DNA of 49,408 bases, counting the filler, from Sphacelaria rigidula (Eukaryota): NCBI GenBank assembly GCA_964200075.2. It is 3 parts of 3 records of this genome, joined end to end, with 100 filler letters (N's around TTAATTAATTAA, not from the genome) between each part and the next. Parts side by side here need not be neighbours in the genome. Positions count along the whole stretch, not along the records: positions 16,507 to 32,907 come from CAXNAA020001373.1; positions 33,008 to 49,408 come from CAXNAA020001374.1; 1 more part is not named here. The stretch is one strand, 5' to 3'. The notes under the pieces are model-generated. The model ran no database searches and had not been told where the DNA came from. It saw only the letters and a program-made list of their open reading frames with translations. Position numbers and translations under genes: made by a program. Every line of letters begins with the position of its first letter. The first letter of the stretch is position 1. This document shows, one piece after another, positions 24,522 to 36,576 of the stretch.

Positions 24522-26645
24522 CCATTTTGGGACTGGGCCTCCAGGATGACTGACCAATGAGGCTGGTTAAGAATATGACGTGTCTGGCGTATGCACGAAA
24601 CAGTGGCTTCATGTTGCTGAAAATCCACGTATGTATCCACAAAGTTATTAGAGGTATCTCAGACTCGGCTCTCGGTATTCTCGTGTTATTCGCTGGCTCT
24701 GAGGCCGTGTCTTATCAAATTTTCTTCGACTCTAACGAGTTCGTGCGGCGGAACTGATTAAGTTCGCTTTGCTATGTTTGGGTCCGAGCGAATTCGCTCG
24801 CTTTGAAACTAAAAGTCTAAGCGAAATTCGTGAAGCGGCACTTCTATACTTCTATTCAACATACAGTACAGTACAGACAGGACAGACCGCACAACAACAG
24901 TGGCGACCTGTACTGTCTAGATAGGGTGCGTGTGCGTGTGTTTCGCACAGTATGCTGGCGCGATGTGGAGAAGAAGCGGGCAACGCAACATACAGACAGC
25001 ACAGCTTTCTGACTCTCTGCATACAGGAGGATGCGAAGCAGATTTCAACCACGTGCAGTTTTGCACCGCCTCTGCTGTCCGTGAGCGCGTTGGCGATTCG
25101 ATCGCCCACCCTAAAACGCAACTCAGTCGGTGGACCCTGCCACGAAATTAGATCCCCAAGTTTTCGCCAACAAGAAGAAACACATCATGCCGAAAGTGTG
25201 GTGGTGTCCGTTCCCAATCACCGCGACGTATGTATCCCTGCGCTCAGTTCGTGATCTATGCCGCAGAGTTGAGTAGGTAGCTGCGAATGAACCATATGGG
25301 CTTCGCGTAATGATGTGGAAGGGTAATATCTGGCACGGTTGTCTGCAACACAGGAGTTGCGTGCCCCTTCGTTCATTCCGCCGCTCGTTTCGCTCGAAAA
25401 AGCTAAGCTTTTTTGTTTCTGACCCTGCCCGTCGCGCGTAACTAATCATAAAATGGACTTGAAGTCATCTAAGAGCATAAATACCGTGGACGTATCTGAT
25501 ACGGCCTCAGAGCGACCAGATCTATTCGACCGCATGTTTTCGAGTCGAAAAAAAACGATAAGACACGGCCTGAGTTGTGTACATTTTTTCAAGTGAAAGT
25601 GATCGCGATTCACAGGAGGACCTGACCTGGCGGTCAAATGGCCTCATCATCTGATGAGTCGCCATCACTTTGAAAAAGAAATAGAACAAAACAAACCAGG
25701 ATACCGGGAGCCGAGTTTGAGATACTTCTATTGGGAGGACTGATAGTTTCATCCAATCTATTTTCAAGTGCAGGTACAAACTGTAATTCGGGTGTTGTGC
25801 GCATCAGGTAATGTACAGATATATCAAGCAGTATGAGTCGCCGTGAAGAGCTTTCAACAGGACGTATCGACCGCCACTCGCCACTTGTGGCTTTGGATGA
25901 TATTATTGTCCTCATCACCTTGCCACACAGCCCTTTGTGGTCGGGGTAGGTCGCGATTTCCGTCTTTGTTGCAAGCGGCAAATTCTCTTCAAACGGCATG
26001 GGCGTTGCGCCGCACATACAGACAGTACAGTATGCCTCTCTGACTGCAGCAGCAGCTGCCGCTGCATAATCTTTAACACGTTCTTGGCAGTTCTTTGCGA
26101 CGGAGATCAGCTACCTATGCACAGCATGTTCGTTCCCGTCAATTACATACGACTTCACTGAATGCTGTATCGCGTCAACAGAGGAATACGCAAAACGCAT
26201 GCCTCTAGCTCCGTCTCTCGCTCCACTGCGTTGCTAGATTCAGTCGCCTTGTGGACATGTAATCCCGAATTTCCCCCGAGCACCCTGTGTTAGTGTAATA
26301 ACTACATTTTACTCCAGGTGGTGACCCATGAAAAAATCGGAGGAGTGGGGGTCAGACCTGTAATAAATTCAAGTAAATGATGAAAAAAAAATGAGAAAGC
26401 GAGCCCCGACCATCACGGCTTTTTTTTGCTTTGAAGGCGTGTTTGTGGGCCAGGGACAGGGTACACACACCAACTTGGCAGTGACATCTCTCCCAGCGAC
26501 ACCCCCCCACACACACACTGATCGTTCGGATGTGGTCGATAAATTTCGCCTCGCCGTGATTGCACAGGTCGCTCCCAGACTTGTTTATTATTATTTTACT
26601 AGAACATGGTAAACCCCTTGTTACTGGCCTTCAGTCCCAAAAGGG
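24522..26645 (+). mobile_element. piggyBac-like non-autonomous element, copy A (interrupted)
   Basis: TTGA|CCATTTTGGGAC...GTCCCAAAAGGG|TTGA; homologous in reverse to 27477-28476. Confidence 0.8.
24651..25728. mobile_element. TIR element nested in copy A
   Basis: GAGGTATCTCAGACTCGGCTC...GAGCCGAGTTTGAGATACTTC; same TIR as 14528-14734; absent from copy B. Confidence 0.8.
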
Positions 26646-26919
26646 TTGACACGGTTACATGTGCACACCCATGCGTTCCGTTATGCGCGTGATGGATTTG
26701 CATGCTGTTTTGTAAACATCAAGATCCCAACCGTGGCCACACCACACACATACACACACACGCGCGCGCGTGCGCAAACACAACCCGCCCTACATGGTGA
26801 CCGCCGGGAGCAGCAGCTCTAGCGGCGCTTCAGTCGGAAGTGATGTCGTGGATTTGGATCCTCCGCAACAGGCGATTGATGTGGAGGAAAAATTGAACAC
26901 ACATTCAGTATTTTATTGC

Positions 26920-27443
26920 TTAACCCGTAGACCGCGAGGATAGGTCACCTGCTGAATCGGCATCAATATCCACTTGAAAAAAGTATGCATGATCCAGATG
27001 GACTACCCGCACCGTGGTCTCAGGGTTGAGCCTTTGACCGCGAGGGTAAGCGACCAGTTGAATCGGCATCATTCACACCCAAAAATATGATTTATCCCTT
27101 AGACCGCTAGGATAAGTCACCTGCTGAATCGGCATCAATACTCACTAGAAAAATGTGTTCGTGATCCAGATGGACTACCCACACCGCGGTCTAAGGGTTA
27201 TGCTGATTTCGCGGATTTCCTACCCTCGCGGTCAAAGGGTCAACCGTCCGAAGGCGACAGTAGGTCATCTGTTCAATCGGCATTAATTTAACTTGAGAAA
27301 GGTATGAACGATCCAGATGGACTACCCCTCCCGGTCTAACGGTCAACCCTTTTGACGGCGAGCACAGGTTATCTATTGAATCAGCTTCAATTTCACTTGA
27401 AAGAAGTACGCATGACCAGATGGACTCGTACCCTCACGGCCAA
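26920..27443. repeat. Tandem cluster of 5-6 full and partial ~100-bp TTAA MITEs
   Basis: Repeated CCCTTAGACCGC...TGAATCGGCATCAAT...GATCCAGATGGACTACCC...TAAGGG units joined at TTAA-like junctions. Confidence 0.85.
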
Positions 27444-27476
27444 GTAGGCAAAAGCAATGAATTGGTCAATCATTAA

Positions 27477-28476
27477 CCCTTTTGGGACCGACCCCCCCTA
27501 ACACAGGGTTAAGGTTGACCCTGTGTTGGTGAAATATTTCAAAATAAGACAGGGGGCGACCAGCCCAATCACGGCGAGGCGAAATTTATCGAGTAAACCC
27601 GAACGACCAGCGCGGGGATTGTTGTCGGATGTGATGCCACTGCAAAGATCGTGTGGAGGCCCTTTCCCTGGCCCACATAAGCCTTCCCAGGTTTCCAAAT
27701 GCAGGCTGGTCGCAGCTTGGTTTTATGGTATTACTTGCATTCGGTACAGTGTTCCCGAGATTTTCCGGAAGTTTTTTCGGGTCGCAATTTTATACTGAAA
27801 CGTAATACTTACACTAACACAGGGTGGAGCGGCAAAACCGGGAGTGAGTGTACATGCTACATGTGGTCATTTTCACGAGGCACTAAACCCAGGTGGGCCG
27901 TGGAAAGACAAAAAGAGCTACCGTCATGAATTCCGCCCATCCCTCTGCGGATAACTTGCAGTGTGCAGTTAACATGTATGTCGTGGGCGGGGATGAAGAA
28001 GCGGCATGTAGGCGGTTGATCTCAACAGCTGAGAATCGCCCAGAACGTGCAACGGAGTATGCCGCTGCCGCTGCTGCTGCAGTCGGAGAGGCGTACCACA
28101 CTGTACTGTACTATACCGTTGTATGCATGCGCGCCGCAACGCTGATACCTTTCGAAGAGAATTTGCCGCATGCAACAAGAGGGGAAATGGCGGCCCACCC
28201 CGACCACAAAGGGATGTGTGGCAAGGTAATGAGGACAAAAATATTATCCAAAGCCACAAGTGGCGGGCGGCCCGCGCCAGTCGCCGCATCCTGTTGGAAG
28301 CTCTCTAATGCGCACCCTGCACCTTAAAATAGATTGGATGAAACTTTCGGTCTTCTTCATTACCCTGCGGTTACATACGCGAATTTTCAGCAACACGCCA
28401 CTGTTTCGTGCAGACGCCAGGCACGTAATTCCTAACTAGCTTCACTCGTCGTTCTGGAGACCCGGTCCCAAAAGGG
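27477..28476 (-). mobile_element. piggyBac-like non-autonomous element, copy B (1.0 kb, inverted relative to A)
   Basis: TTAA|CCCTTTTGGGACC...GGTCCCAAAAGGG|TTCA. Confidence 0.8.
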
Positions 28477-30261
28477 TTCAAGAAACCGAATCTTGATCAT
28501 GTTTTGAACCATTCGACCATGCCAACGAGGATTCGTGTTGAGCGATCTTCTTCCGACCGCGAAGATCGAGGCAGAGAACCACAACCTCACGATCTGTTGC
28601 GCCATCCATTCGAACAAGAATGTAACACCATGAGCGACACCGGGTTTGGCAGCGGCGAGCTAGGCACATGACGTGAGGGAGCTATGGGTATTTGTTCCCG
28701 GGGTGAGCTACCGGGCGTAGCTCATCCACTCATGTTTTCCCTGAGTGAGCTGTAAGAGCTGCGTGAGCTACACATGTTTGCCTTGGGTGAGCTGTCGAGA
28801 GTAGCTCATCCGCAAATGATTTCCCTTAGTGAGCTACAAGAGCTGCGTGAGCTCCACATGATTTTCCTGGTTGAGCTATGAGAGCAACATGAGCCACGTA
28901 TGTTTGCCCTGGGTGAGCTACCAACCCGTAACTCATCAGCGCAAGTTTACCTTGGGTGAGCTATCGGATGTAGCTCGCATGTACATGTTTGACTACAAGT
29001 GAGCTACAGCTCGCAGATGAGCTAGATCATGAGCTGTCCAACGTGTGACTTTTTAATTGAAAATTATTTCCAAGGGCAAAGCAGGACCCACGTGGTTCAG
29101 GCTCTGCGTACCATACACAAGCGCGAACACACGCGCGCGAGTGTGCGTTCGCTTCACGACCTTGGGCGACCACGTATGCACATGATGGTGTACGATGTGC
29201 GGCAACTGGCAGTCTTTTCGTGTACACACAGCAGGCTACATATGCTGTGTTCATAAAACTGAATATAACTGGACATGTTTCAGATGTGTACTCGCAGTAT
29301 CAATAATTATTTTTCGGGGGGGGGGGGGGCAGGGGGGGGGTTTTCGACGAAGATAATAAACAAGCTGGGCCAGCAGTAAATCCCGTATTCGCTTTCCACA
29401 CCACAACTTCTCAAGTTACCTAAATCATCCCGACTTGAGCATATCTGTGAACTTCAGACCAACCTGGTAACACTCGGCACTGCCGTTGAATGAAGAAAAA
29501 AAATGAAGGGAAGTGTACTGCATTATATATGTGACCTTAACGACGGATGAGAAAAAGAGGGAATATAAAATATCGGGATTTTAACTCATGACCTTCGTTA
29601 CTGAAATCTCTTGTATCACTTGGATTGAAGAGGCGCGGCCGTGTCACACGCGAACTGCAATGCGGCGCCCAATTTGAGGTATTATTGGCCGAAACTTCAC
29701 CAGGATGTCCTTGACGCGAGTGCCCACAACATTGTTCGAGGTGCAGCCGTTTTCATCGTTTTTTTTCACGGAGTTATTGCATTTTTCCTGCTTTTGCTGA
29801 AACTTCAACTCGCTCTAACTTCTTTTTTTTCCTCTGCACCCTTCATAGGGTCGCGCGGGTTGATAAAAAATGCCGTGTCAAAATTTCAGCGCCCAACTCT
29901 TCAAATTACTAATGGCATCGCCATTCTTCATTCCAAAACCACTGTGAGCTGGCCCAAATCGTGTAGATCTAATTTTGGGGAAGGTAGGTTGTGGTTGGGG
30001 TGATGTGGGGTGGGATGGTTAGGGTGGGATTTATTTTGATTTTTTTCCAAAGGGAACACGATATAAGACACGATATTCGGGCTGCTACTATTCTTACGCA
30101 CCAGCGTTCCACCTGCTTGAACGATGAGATACTTCATCTGGCCCAAAACCCGTCGCAGAAGCACTAGATACAAGAGAACCGGTGGAATCAACCACGATTC
30201 ATATCACCATTTCCTGCCTCTCCCCTGTCTCCCGTCTCCCGCTGGATCAACACAAGAGCAG

Positions 30262-30722
30262 GCGGCTGCCAACACATGACGTGTACCGTGTGCAAGGCGG
30301 AGTGGTGCTGGATCTGCCGCTGCTCATGGCGGGGGCACTCGATGGCGATGTGCGAAGCAGTAACGCTTTACCGCAGTGAAGCCTTCGGGAAGACACCCTT
30401 CACGAGAGCCGCTACGGCCACGATCGCCGTGCCGCTGCTTGCCTGCGTCGGAGTCGGTGCCCTCGCGGTAGGCGCCGCTGTTGGGGTCGGGGGCATCGTG
30501 GGCGCCATAGGGTATTTCTCGGTGGTCCGGCCAGGGAACAAGGCGAGGAAGGAGGTTTCCCGAGCTTGGAGGCGTCGGCGGGGGAAGCTGGGGGCTCGTG
30601 AGGCTGACACGGATGCTCATGCGGATGTTACGGAGGATATAATCGATATTGGGGAAGATGTACTGCGAGAATTATTTCACCCCAGGCTCGCTCAACCTTT
30701 GCAGCGAGCGCCGCATCTGTGA
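30262..30722 (+). CDS. RBR-type E3 ubiquitin ligase, exon 3 (RING2 catalytic Cys, transmembrane segment, stop)
   Basis: The phase-1 join rebuilds IEKRGGCQHMTCTVCKAEWCWIC. Spliced CDS 129+397+461 = 987 nt = 328 aa + stop. Confidence 0.92.
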
Positions 30723-31647
30723 GCCTTGTGTCTTGCCTTTTTGCTCCATGTTATGTGAATTTCGGTACATTTTTGTGGTGATAAAAGAAGTGCACGTATG
30801 GGGTATTATTTAGAGGGTTTTGTTTGAAGTGCATGTATGAGGTATTACTTAAAGGGTTTTGTTTGATAAGTTTACTTGGTCTTCCTGTCGTCTTGTACGG
30901 AAGGCTCTTTTTTTTTTGTCGATTTGGGTGCCTTGGCTGCGAGCGTGCAAGCGGGGTTGCGCGCACCAATGTATTTGGGTGTGCTTAGGTCAAGTATGTA
31001 CAGTATTACGTATTCAAGTGTACAGGTTTGTGGGTCCGAAGGACGGGGGAGTATCACCCGTGATGTGTCGTATGAAGTCCGTTCAGAGGCTCCAATCAAG
31101 GGAACGGCCAGACCGAAAGGCGAGGAAGAGGAAGTATAGGTCGAGTGCAAGTTCCGGTATACCCAGATATTGAATAATTGCCCATTTTCTTCGTTGCTGG
31201 TACAAAGGCAACCTGTTCTGCGAAGAAGGGGCCGGGGGGAGGGAGGAGGGGGAAGGGGGAAGGCTTCGTCGGAAAGACTTCGTCGATTGCCTTTTGAAGA
31301 GGTATTATTATTTTATGTTGTTGTTTTGGTGTGTGCTGGGTGACTTGCTTTGTGCAACGAAAAGACAGCACAAGCGGGTATTTTTTCTGCTTCTCCTGAA
31401 CAGTGTTCAGATTTTTGTATTTTTTCGCGTGGGACAAACAAGCGCGAGATTGTCCATGGAGTACAGCACTGTACAGTAGTACAACAGTTCGACTGGTATA
31501 TTTGCCAGGTTTGAAAGTGTCAGGTCGTTGTGTTGTCGTGTTTTGCACTGCTGCTTGGGCATTTGATCGTGCTTGGTGGGTGCTTACGAGCTACATGCTC
31601 TGACGTATCGTAAATGGTGTAACGCGCATCACTTTCAGAATGTTTCG

Positions 31648-32823
31648 CATATTGGACAACTCATCATGAGTTAGCTCATCTGCGGGCCGTAGCTCACTTG
31701 TAGTCAAACATGTAAATGTGAGCTACGTCCGATAGCTCACCCAGGACAAACATGCGCAGCTCATGCGGCTCTCATATCTCACCCAGGGAGAATCTTCGCT
31801 GATGAGCTATGGGTTGGTAGTTCATCCAGGACAAACATGCGTAGCTCATGCAGCTCTCATAGCTCACTCAGGACGAAAATGAGCTGATGAGCTACGGGTT
31901 GGCAGCTCACGTAAGGCTGCAGGTCGTGTAGCTCTCACAGCTCATCCAGGGCAAAAACGTGTGGATGAGCTACGCTCGATGACGCACCCAAGGCAGACAT
32001 GTGTAGCTCACCCAGCTCTTATAGCTCACCCCAGGGACACATGCTCGTAGCTCAGTCACGTCATGTGCCTAGCTCGCCACCGACCAACCCGGTGTCGCTC
32101 ATGATGTCATATTCTTGTACGAACGGATGGCGTCATATGTCATAAGGTTGTGGTGTTCTGCCTTACTCTTGTGACAGGAAGAAAAGAAGTCAACATAAAT
32201 CTTCGTTCATTTCCGACTGGAGCGCCGCTAGAGCTGCTGCCCCCCGCGGTCGTCATGCAGGCCGACTTGTGTGTGTGGTGGCCATGATGCGGATGACTTC
32301 TGATGCAGCCGTGTTGATGTTTACAAAAACCAAATCCATCGCTACACGAAACGGAAGACGAGTGTGTGCACATCTAACCGTCGTCACGTACGTACAATAT
32401 CAACGTGCATGAGTATAGGAACAGAATACTCCAAGGTCGGCGTAGCTCCCGCACCTCGTTAGCTCAAGAAGAGCAATTATACGTAGCTCATGTAGCTCTC
32501 ATAGCTCATCGAGGGCAAACATGTGCGGATGAACTACGTCCGGTAGCTCACCCAGAGTAAAAATGTGTAGCTCATGCAGCTCCCATAGCTCACCCAGGAC
32601 GAATATAAGCGGATGAGCTATGGGTTGGTAGCTCACCTATGGCAAACGTGTGTAGCTCATACAGCTCCCATAGCCCACCCACGACGAACATGACCTGACG
32701 AGCTGCGGGTTGGTAGCTCACTTAGGGCAAACATGCATAGCTCATGTAGCTCTCAAAGCTCACTAGAGAGCTACGCTAGAAAAGAGCTAGCTCGAGCTAC
32801 AGGGAGATGATCTGTCCGACGTC
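31648..32823 (-). mobile_element. Second, ~1.2-kb copy of the GAGCT-rich TIR element
   Basis: CATATTGGACA...TGTCCGACGT; reverse-complement match to both ends of 23963-29045. Confidence 0.8.
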
Positions 32824-32907
32824 CGGTATATTACAGGCTGGGCCAGCCTAAAAACGGATTTAAGCTCTAAAAGCAATATCTCGTCGACACAGACGAGTTG
32901 GGCCGTG

Positions 32908-33007
32908 NNNNNNNNNNNNNNNNNNNNNNNNNNNNNNNNNNNNNNNNNNNNTTAATTAATTAANNNNNNNNNNNNNNNNNNNNNNNNNNNNNNNNNNNNN
33001 NNNNNNN
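32908..33007. other. Artificial contig spacer
   Basis: 44 N + TTAATTAATTAA + 44 N. Confidence 0.97.
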
Positions 33008-33608
33008 TGGGGAAAGCACTGTTTTAGGCTTGAACCGCATCTCGGAGTTAAACCTCAATTCGCACATTTTGTTGTTTATTGCACAAATGTCGAGGTTTTC
33101 TTGTAGCCAGGTCCGGCTCTGCGTGGTGCATGTAGACACTGTTGTTCGGGCTATGAGCAATCGTGCGTTTGTATGCTACCGTGAGCCGTTCATCACGTAT
33201 AATAAAATGGAAAATGCTATGCAAACGATCGTCAGATGACTGTGCTCCCACGGAAGGATAGTTACCGTGGGGGCTGTGCTGGTGCTCTACTTGTAGAATT
33301 TAGGTTCGTGAATGAAATATGAAGCACGCACAGGTTGGTAGTCCCAGGCAGAGTGAGTCTCTCCTTAAGAACTGGACAGCCGAAAAGCTGTTGGTCGTGG
33401 GAAATGATCATCGTGAATATTGTCTAAGAAACTGATATCACGAAGCCCCGGACGCTAAGAATATGCTCTCTACATGCGTCATAACAACACAGAGTACACG
33501 GATCGTTGAAGGTCAAACGGCGATTCTGGTGATACCAGACGTTAAGTTAGGGACTGGTACCCTGTTGCAGCTTTTGAAAACATTCTCATGTTTGTTTACG
33601 GTAATCAG

Positions 33609-33809
33609 GTTATCGTGGACTACTTCATCGGCCGAGAAGGCAACGATGTCGCCGTGGCGAGCGCCAACACCCTTAAGGCAATGGAGCAGGCGAAGAAGAA
33701 GCCAGCAAAGTACAGAATAGCGGAAGTGATCGGCAATCTCGTTCTCAACCCCGACCGAGGAAACTCTTGGAACGCCGTGAGAAGCCTACGATCCATGGCC
33801 GCTACGGTG
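33609..33809 (+). CDS. Large ARM-like/ankyrin-repeat protein, first visible (internal) exon
   Basis: CAG|GTTATC..GTG|GTGAGC; VIVDYFIGREG...AVRSLRSMAATV; phase 0. Confidence 0.65.
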
Positions 33810-34085
33810 GTGAGCCTGGTTGTTGATGTCGTCGTCGTGTTCCTGATGTTGGGGTATGGAATGCAAAGAATAGCATGAGGCTGCTGTGGACGTGTTGGTT
33901 GGCATTAGACTCACGGATTCACCCGAAGAGTCGTCCTCCAGGTGGCCAAATCCCCGCTATACCGAGTTTTATGTTCACACGGTGTTCGCGTGCAGCAAAC
34001 ATTGCGGATATTGTCCAGCTCGTACGAATCTGCACTCACGAGGGCGTTTGCCGTACCCACCACACAACAACTCGTACGACGGCAG

Positions 34086-34396
34086 GTGTCGCTTCCCAAG
34101 GGCAGCTCGCAGAGTTCGTCTTTGGGTGCCCTGCTGCTTGGTTGCGGGCAGACGCCAGAATGCCTCTGCTACTTCTTCGTCAAGCACGAAAAATTGCAGA
34201 GTAAAACCGGAGACGTCGCGTCCTTCGAAAACGCTGCCGCAGTTGATACCGTTAAAGAGGGCGGTGACATTGTTCCATGGCCCGCACTACGCATTCATGC
34301 CTTGGACACTCTAGGTGTCATGTGCGAAGTCAGCGACAGCGCCATTCAAACGGTGGTGGCCAGTCAAGCCATTCCGCTCTTGTTGAGCGTACTAAG
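34086..34396 (+). CDS. ARM-like/ankyrin-repeat protein, exon
   Basis: VSLPKG...IQTVVASQAIPLLLSVLR (ARM-like helix pattern); the phase-2 donor matches the next acceptor. Confidence 0.7.
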
Positions 34397-34949
34397 GTGT
34401 GTACGTGAGTGGTTCAATAGTGCTGCTACATACGTTGACGTAGTTACTTCGACATCTTCTTCAGCTAGGTGCTTTCTGGATGTAGTAGCTTGGGCAAAAA
34501 CACCGTATGTGCGTTTTTGTGCGTGGTTACTGCACTGCTGATGCAGGTAAGGCGATATAATTTGCCTTCGATATTCTCAGCACGTACGTTCACGGTTTGT
34601 CATGTGCCGCCAAGCCAGCTGTGTGCGTTACTGCACAAGTTCAGGAAAGTAAAATGGGCAGAAAATTGGACCTTCGAAACCAAGCCACTACATGACGAGA
34701 AGAACACACACCAAATCCGCGACGAGTTTCATGAGATTACCGCTTCTCGCCAACGCTGCACATGGCATATATATAGTGCTTGGATGCACTTAAGCAACAT
34801 TTCTAGTCGGGAAAAACACATTTACAAATCTGGATAGAATATACATTTAGATCATTCAATGGTTGTCCGAACTCTATGATACATTTGCTGAATGATATTC
34901 CGTAACTCGGAAAGTTCCGATACACCGCCTTGTCGCATCATCCCACCAG

Positions 34950-35310
34950 ATCTATCACAGCGAGCGAAGAACCAGCCATGCCTCTCCTGACATCCGTCAT
35001 ACTCATCATTTCTGCCGTGGCCAAAAGAGGCTCCGTCACTTCTGCAAAATCACAGCACGCGCCGGCCGTCTCGGCCGCACTAGGGGCTACAGGCATAACC
35101 CAAACATTGGCACCTGAGCTAGCAGCGCTTTCCAAAGGTGGGGCGTGGGGAGCGGTGTACGACGCCTTGAAAGGCCCGATCATGGCGCGCGCTGCCGAGC
35201 TACAGTCCGGTGTTGCGAGCGGCACGAGCGGGAAAAAAACGGAAATCGTCGCTCCCGCCGTTTCCGTTGACTTGGCGAGGTGCTTGGATAACATGGCTCG
35301 CTGCGCCGAG
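34950..35310 (+). CDS. ARM-like/ankyrin-repeat protein, exon
   Basis: CAG|ATCTATC..GAG|GTGTGC; open frame; phases 2->0. Confidence 0.75.
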
Positions 35311-35957
35311 GTGTGCAATCATCGGGGCTGTCGAGGACAAGAAGCGTTCCCTCACATTGGAATGGGGGTGGTGTTCAGGGGGCGTGAAGTAGTTCTCACC
35401 GGGCAGCACATTCTACGTCTCGCTTATGTTTGTGTTTAAACCTAGTTTAGCGTTCGCGGATATGCTAGGGTATGATGAAAGGTAGACCACAGGGGAAACA
35501 ATTGAGTTGGTGATTCTTGTGTTTTCGTTTCTCGCCGGTAACAGTGATCGTAACACGGGTCACAGAACGAGGGCGGCGATCTTTGGCATACGACGTCAAC
35601 AGATAGTGCATGGGGGACAGTATTATTAAGCACGAGGTCATGTTGAACGTGAAAGTGGCAAACTACGTTTGGATTACTATACACCAAATCCCAACAGTCG
35701 CGAGCGCGGCCGATTTTGTTCAACCTGATTAGGATGGTTGCCCACGGCGCAATTCGATACTTCAACGACAACAACTAAAACAAAACGGGGGGAGTGCTGT
35801 GCTGTATACCGAGTCTGATAGCCATCTCTAGTTTCGAGCAGCGCTCTACATGCGTCGTGATATCCACGCCCAGCCCTACAATATACCATCTGTTCCTAAC
35901 CCTGAAGAGATTTGTGTCGATGTTCTGTCCTGTTCGTGCCGGATGGAACGGGCACAG

Positions 35958-36137
35958 ATCCTGCGAGTGATGGCCATGACAGGTGCAGGGTTGCAGGAAG
36001 AAGGGGCCTTGGAGGCTGGCGTCGCCGCAATGAGCTCAATCTTAGGCATGCAAGGATTACCAAGGGAGGAAGAAGAGGTGGCAAACCTTATGACAGAGAT
36101 GGTAAAGGCTATGGGGTCCATAGCTTGCCTTAGCGAG
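35958..36137 (+). CDS. ARM-like/ankyrin-repeat protein, exon
   Basis: CAG|ATCCTG..GAG|GTGCGT; 60 codons, helical amphipathic sequence. Confidence 0.7.
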
Positions 36138-36576
36138 GTGCGTTATTTGGAATTCCGTAATTTTGATTTAAGAAGAAGCGCGTGTATGAGAAATGGAGAT
36201 AGTGCCCTGCTGCGAAACGATGACGTCAGGCAAGACATGTCTCACGGCTTGACTGAAGTCGCGGTGATTCATGCCCAACAACATTGGCTTTATCGATGCA
36301 ATCGAGGACGGCTCCACTGTAATCATAAATGGTGCTCGATGGAAACAGTTACGAAGGTGACGGAGGCCACCGTGCCTCCGATCTTCCGGTACTTGACTAC
36401 TGGAGGACGCCGCTCTTCACGCTGCTGATATCCCACCAGCCCGAGCACGACACGGTCAGCTCGATGTCGAAATAGAGGGCTAGGTCTCCTTGTGTGCACA
36501 CAGCTTGCTTCATCTGGCGCAACGAATCCCCCCCCCACTCTGTCATGACCGCGCTCTCAACAACGAACATCTGCAG

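Larger units (their letters stand above)
23963..29045 (+). mobile_element. Non-autonomous TIR element with GAGCT-rich subterminal arrays, expanded by nested insertions
   Basis: TA|CACGTCGGACA...TGTCCAACGTG|TG; arrays at ~23980-24470 (period ~85 bp) and ~28680-29035; shorter inverted copy at 31648-32823. Confidence 0.8.

Noticed and set aside
25645..25680. Hammerhead ribozyme core (CTGATGAG...GAAA); also CTGATGAG on the minus strand near 5071-5078
   Set aside because: No convincing stems I-III or cleavage triplet; the 25650 instance is a diverged piece of the TTAA MITE.
26920..27443. CRISPR-like appearance of the repeat cluster
   Set aside because: Units are ~100-bp MITEs with no unique spacers, there are no cas genes, and the context is a eukaryotic intron.
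25634..28327. Two similar ORFs (PFEENLP..HPDHKG.CGKVMRT) on opposite strands as paralogous genes
   Set aside because: They are the inverted copies A and B of one non-autonomous element; the flanking frames are not conserved and there is no transposase motif.
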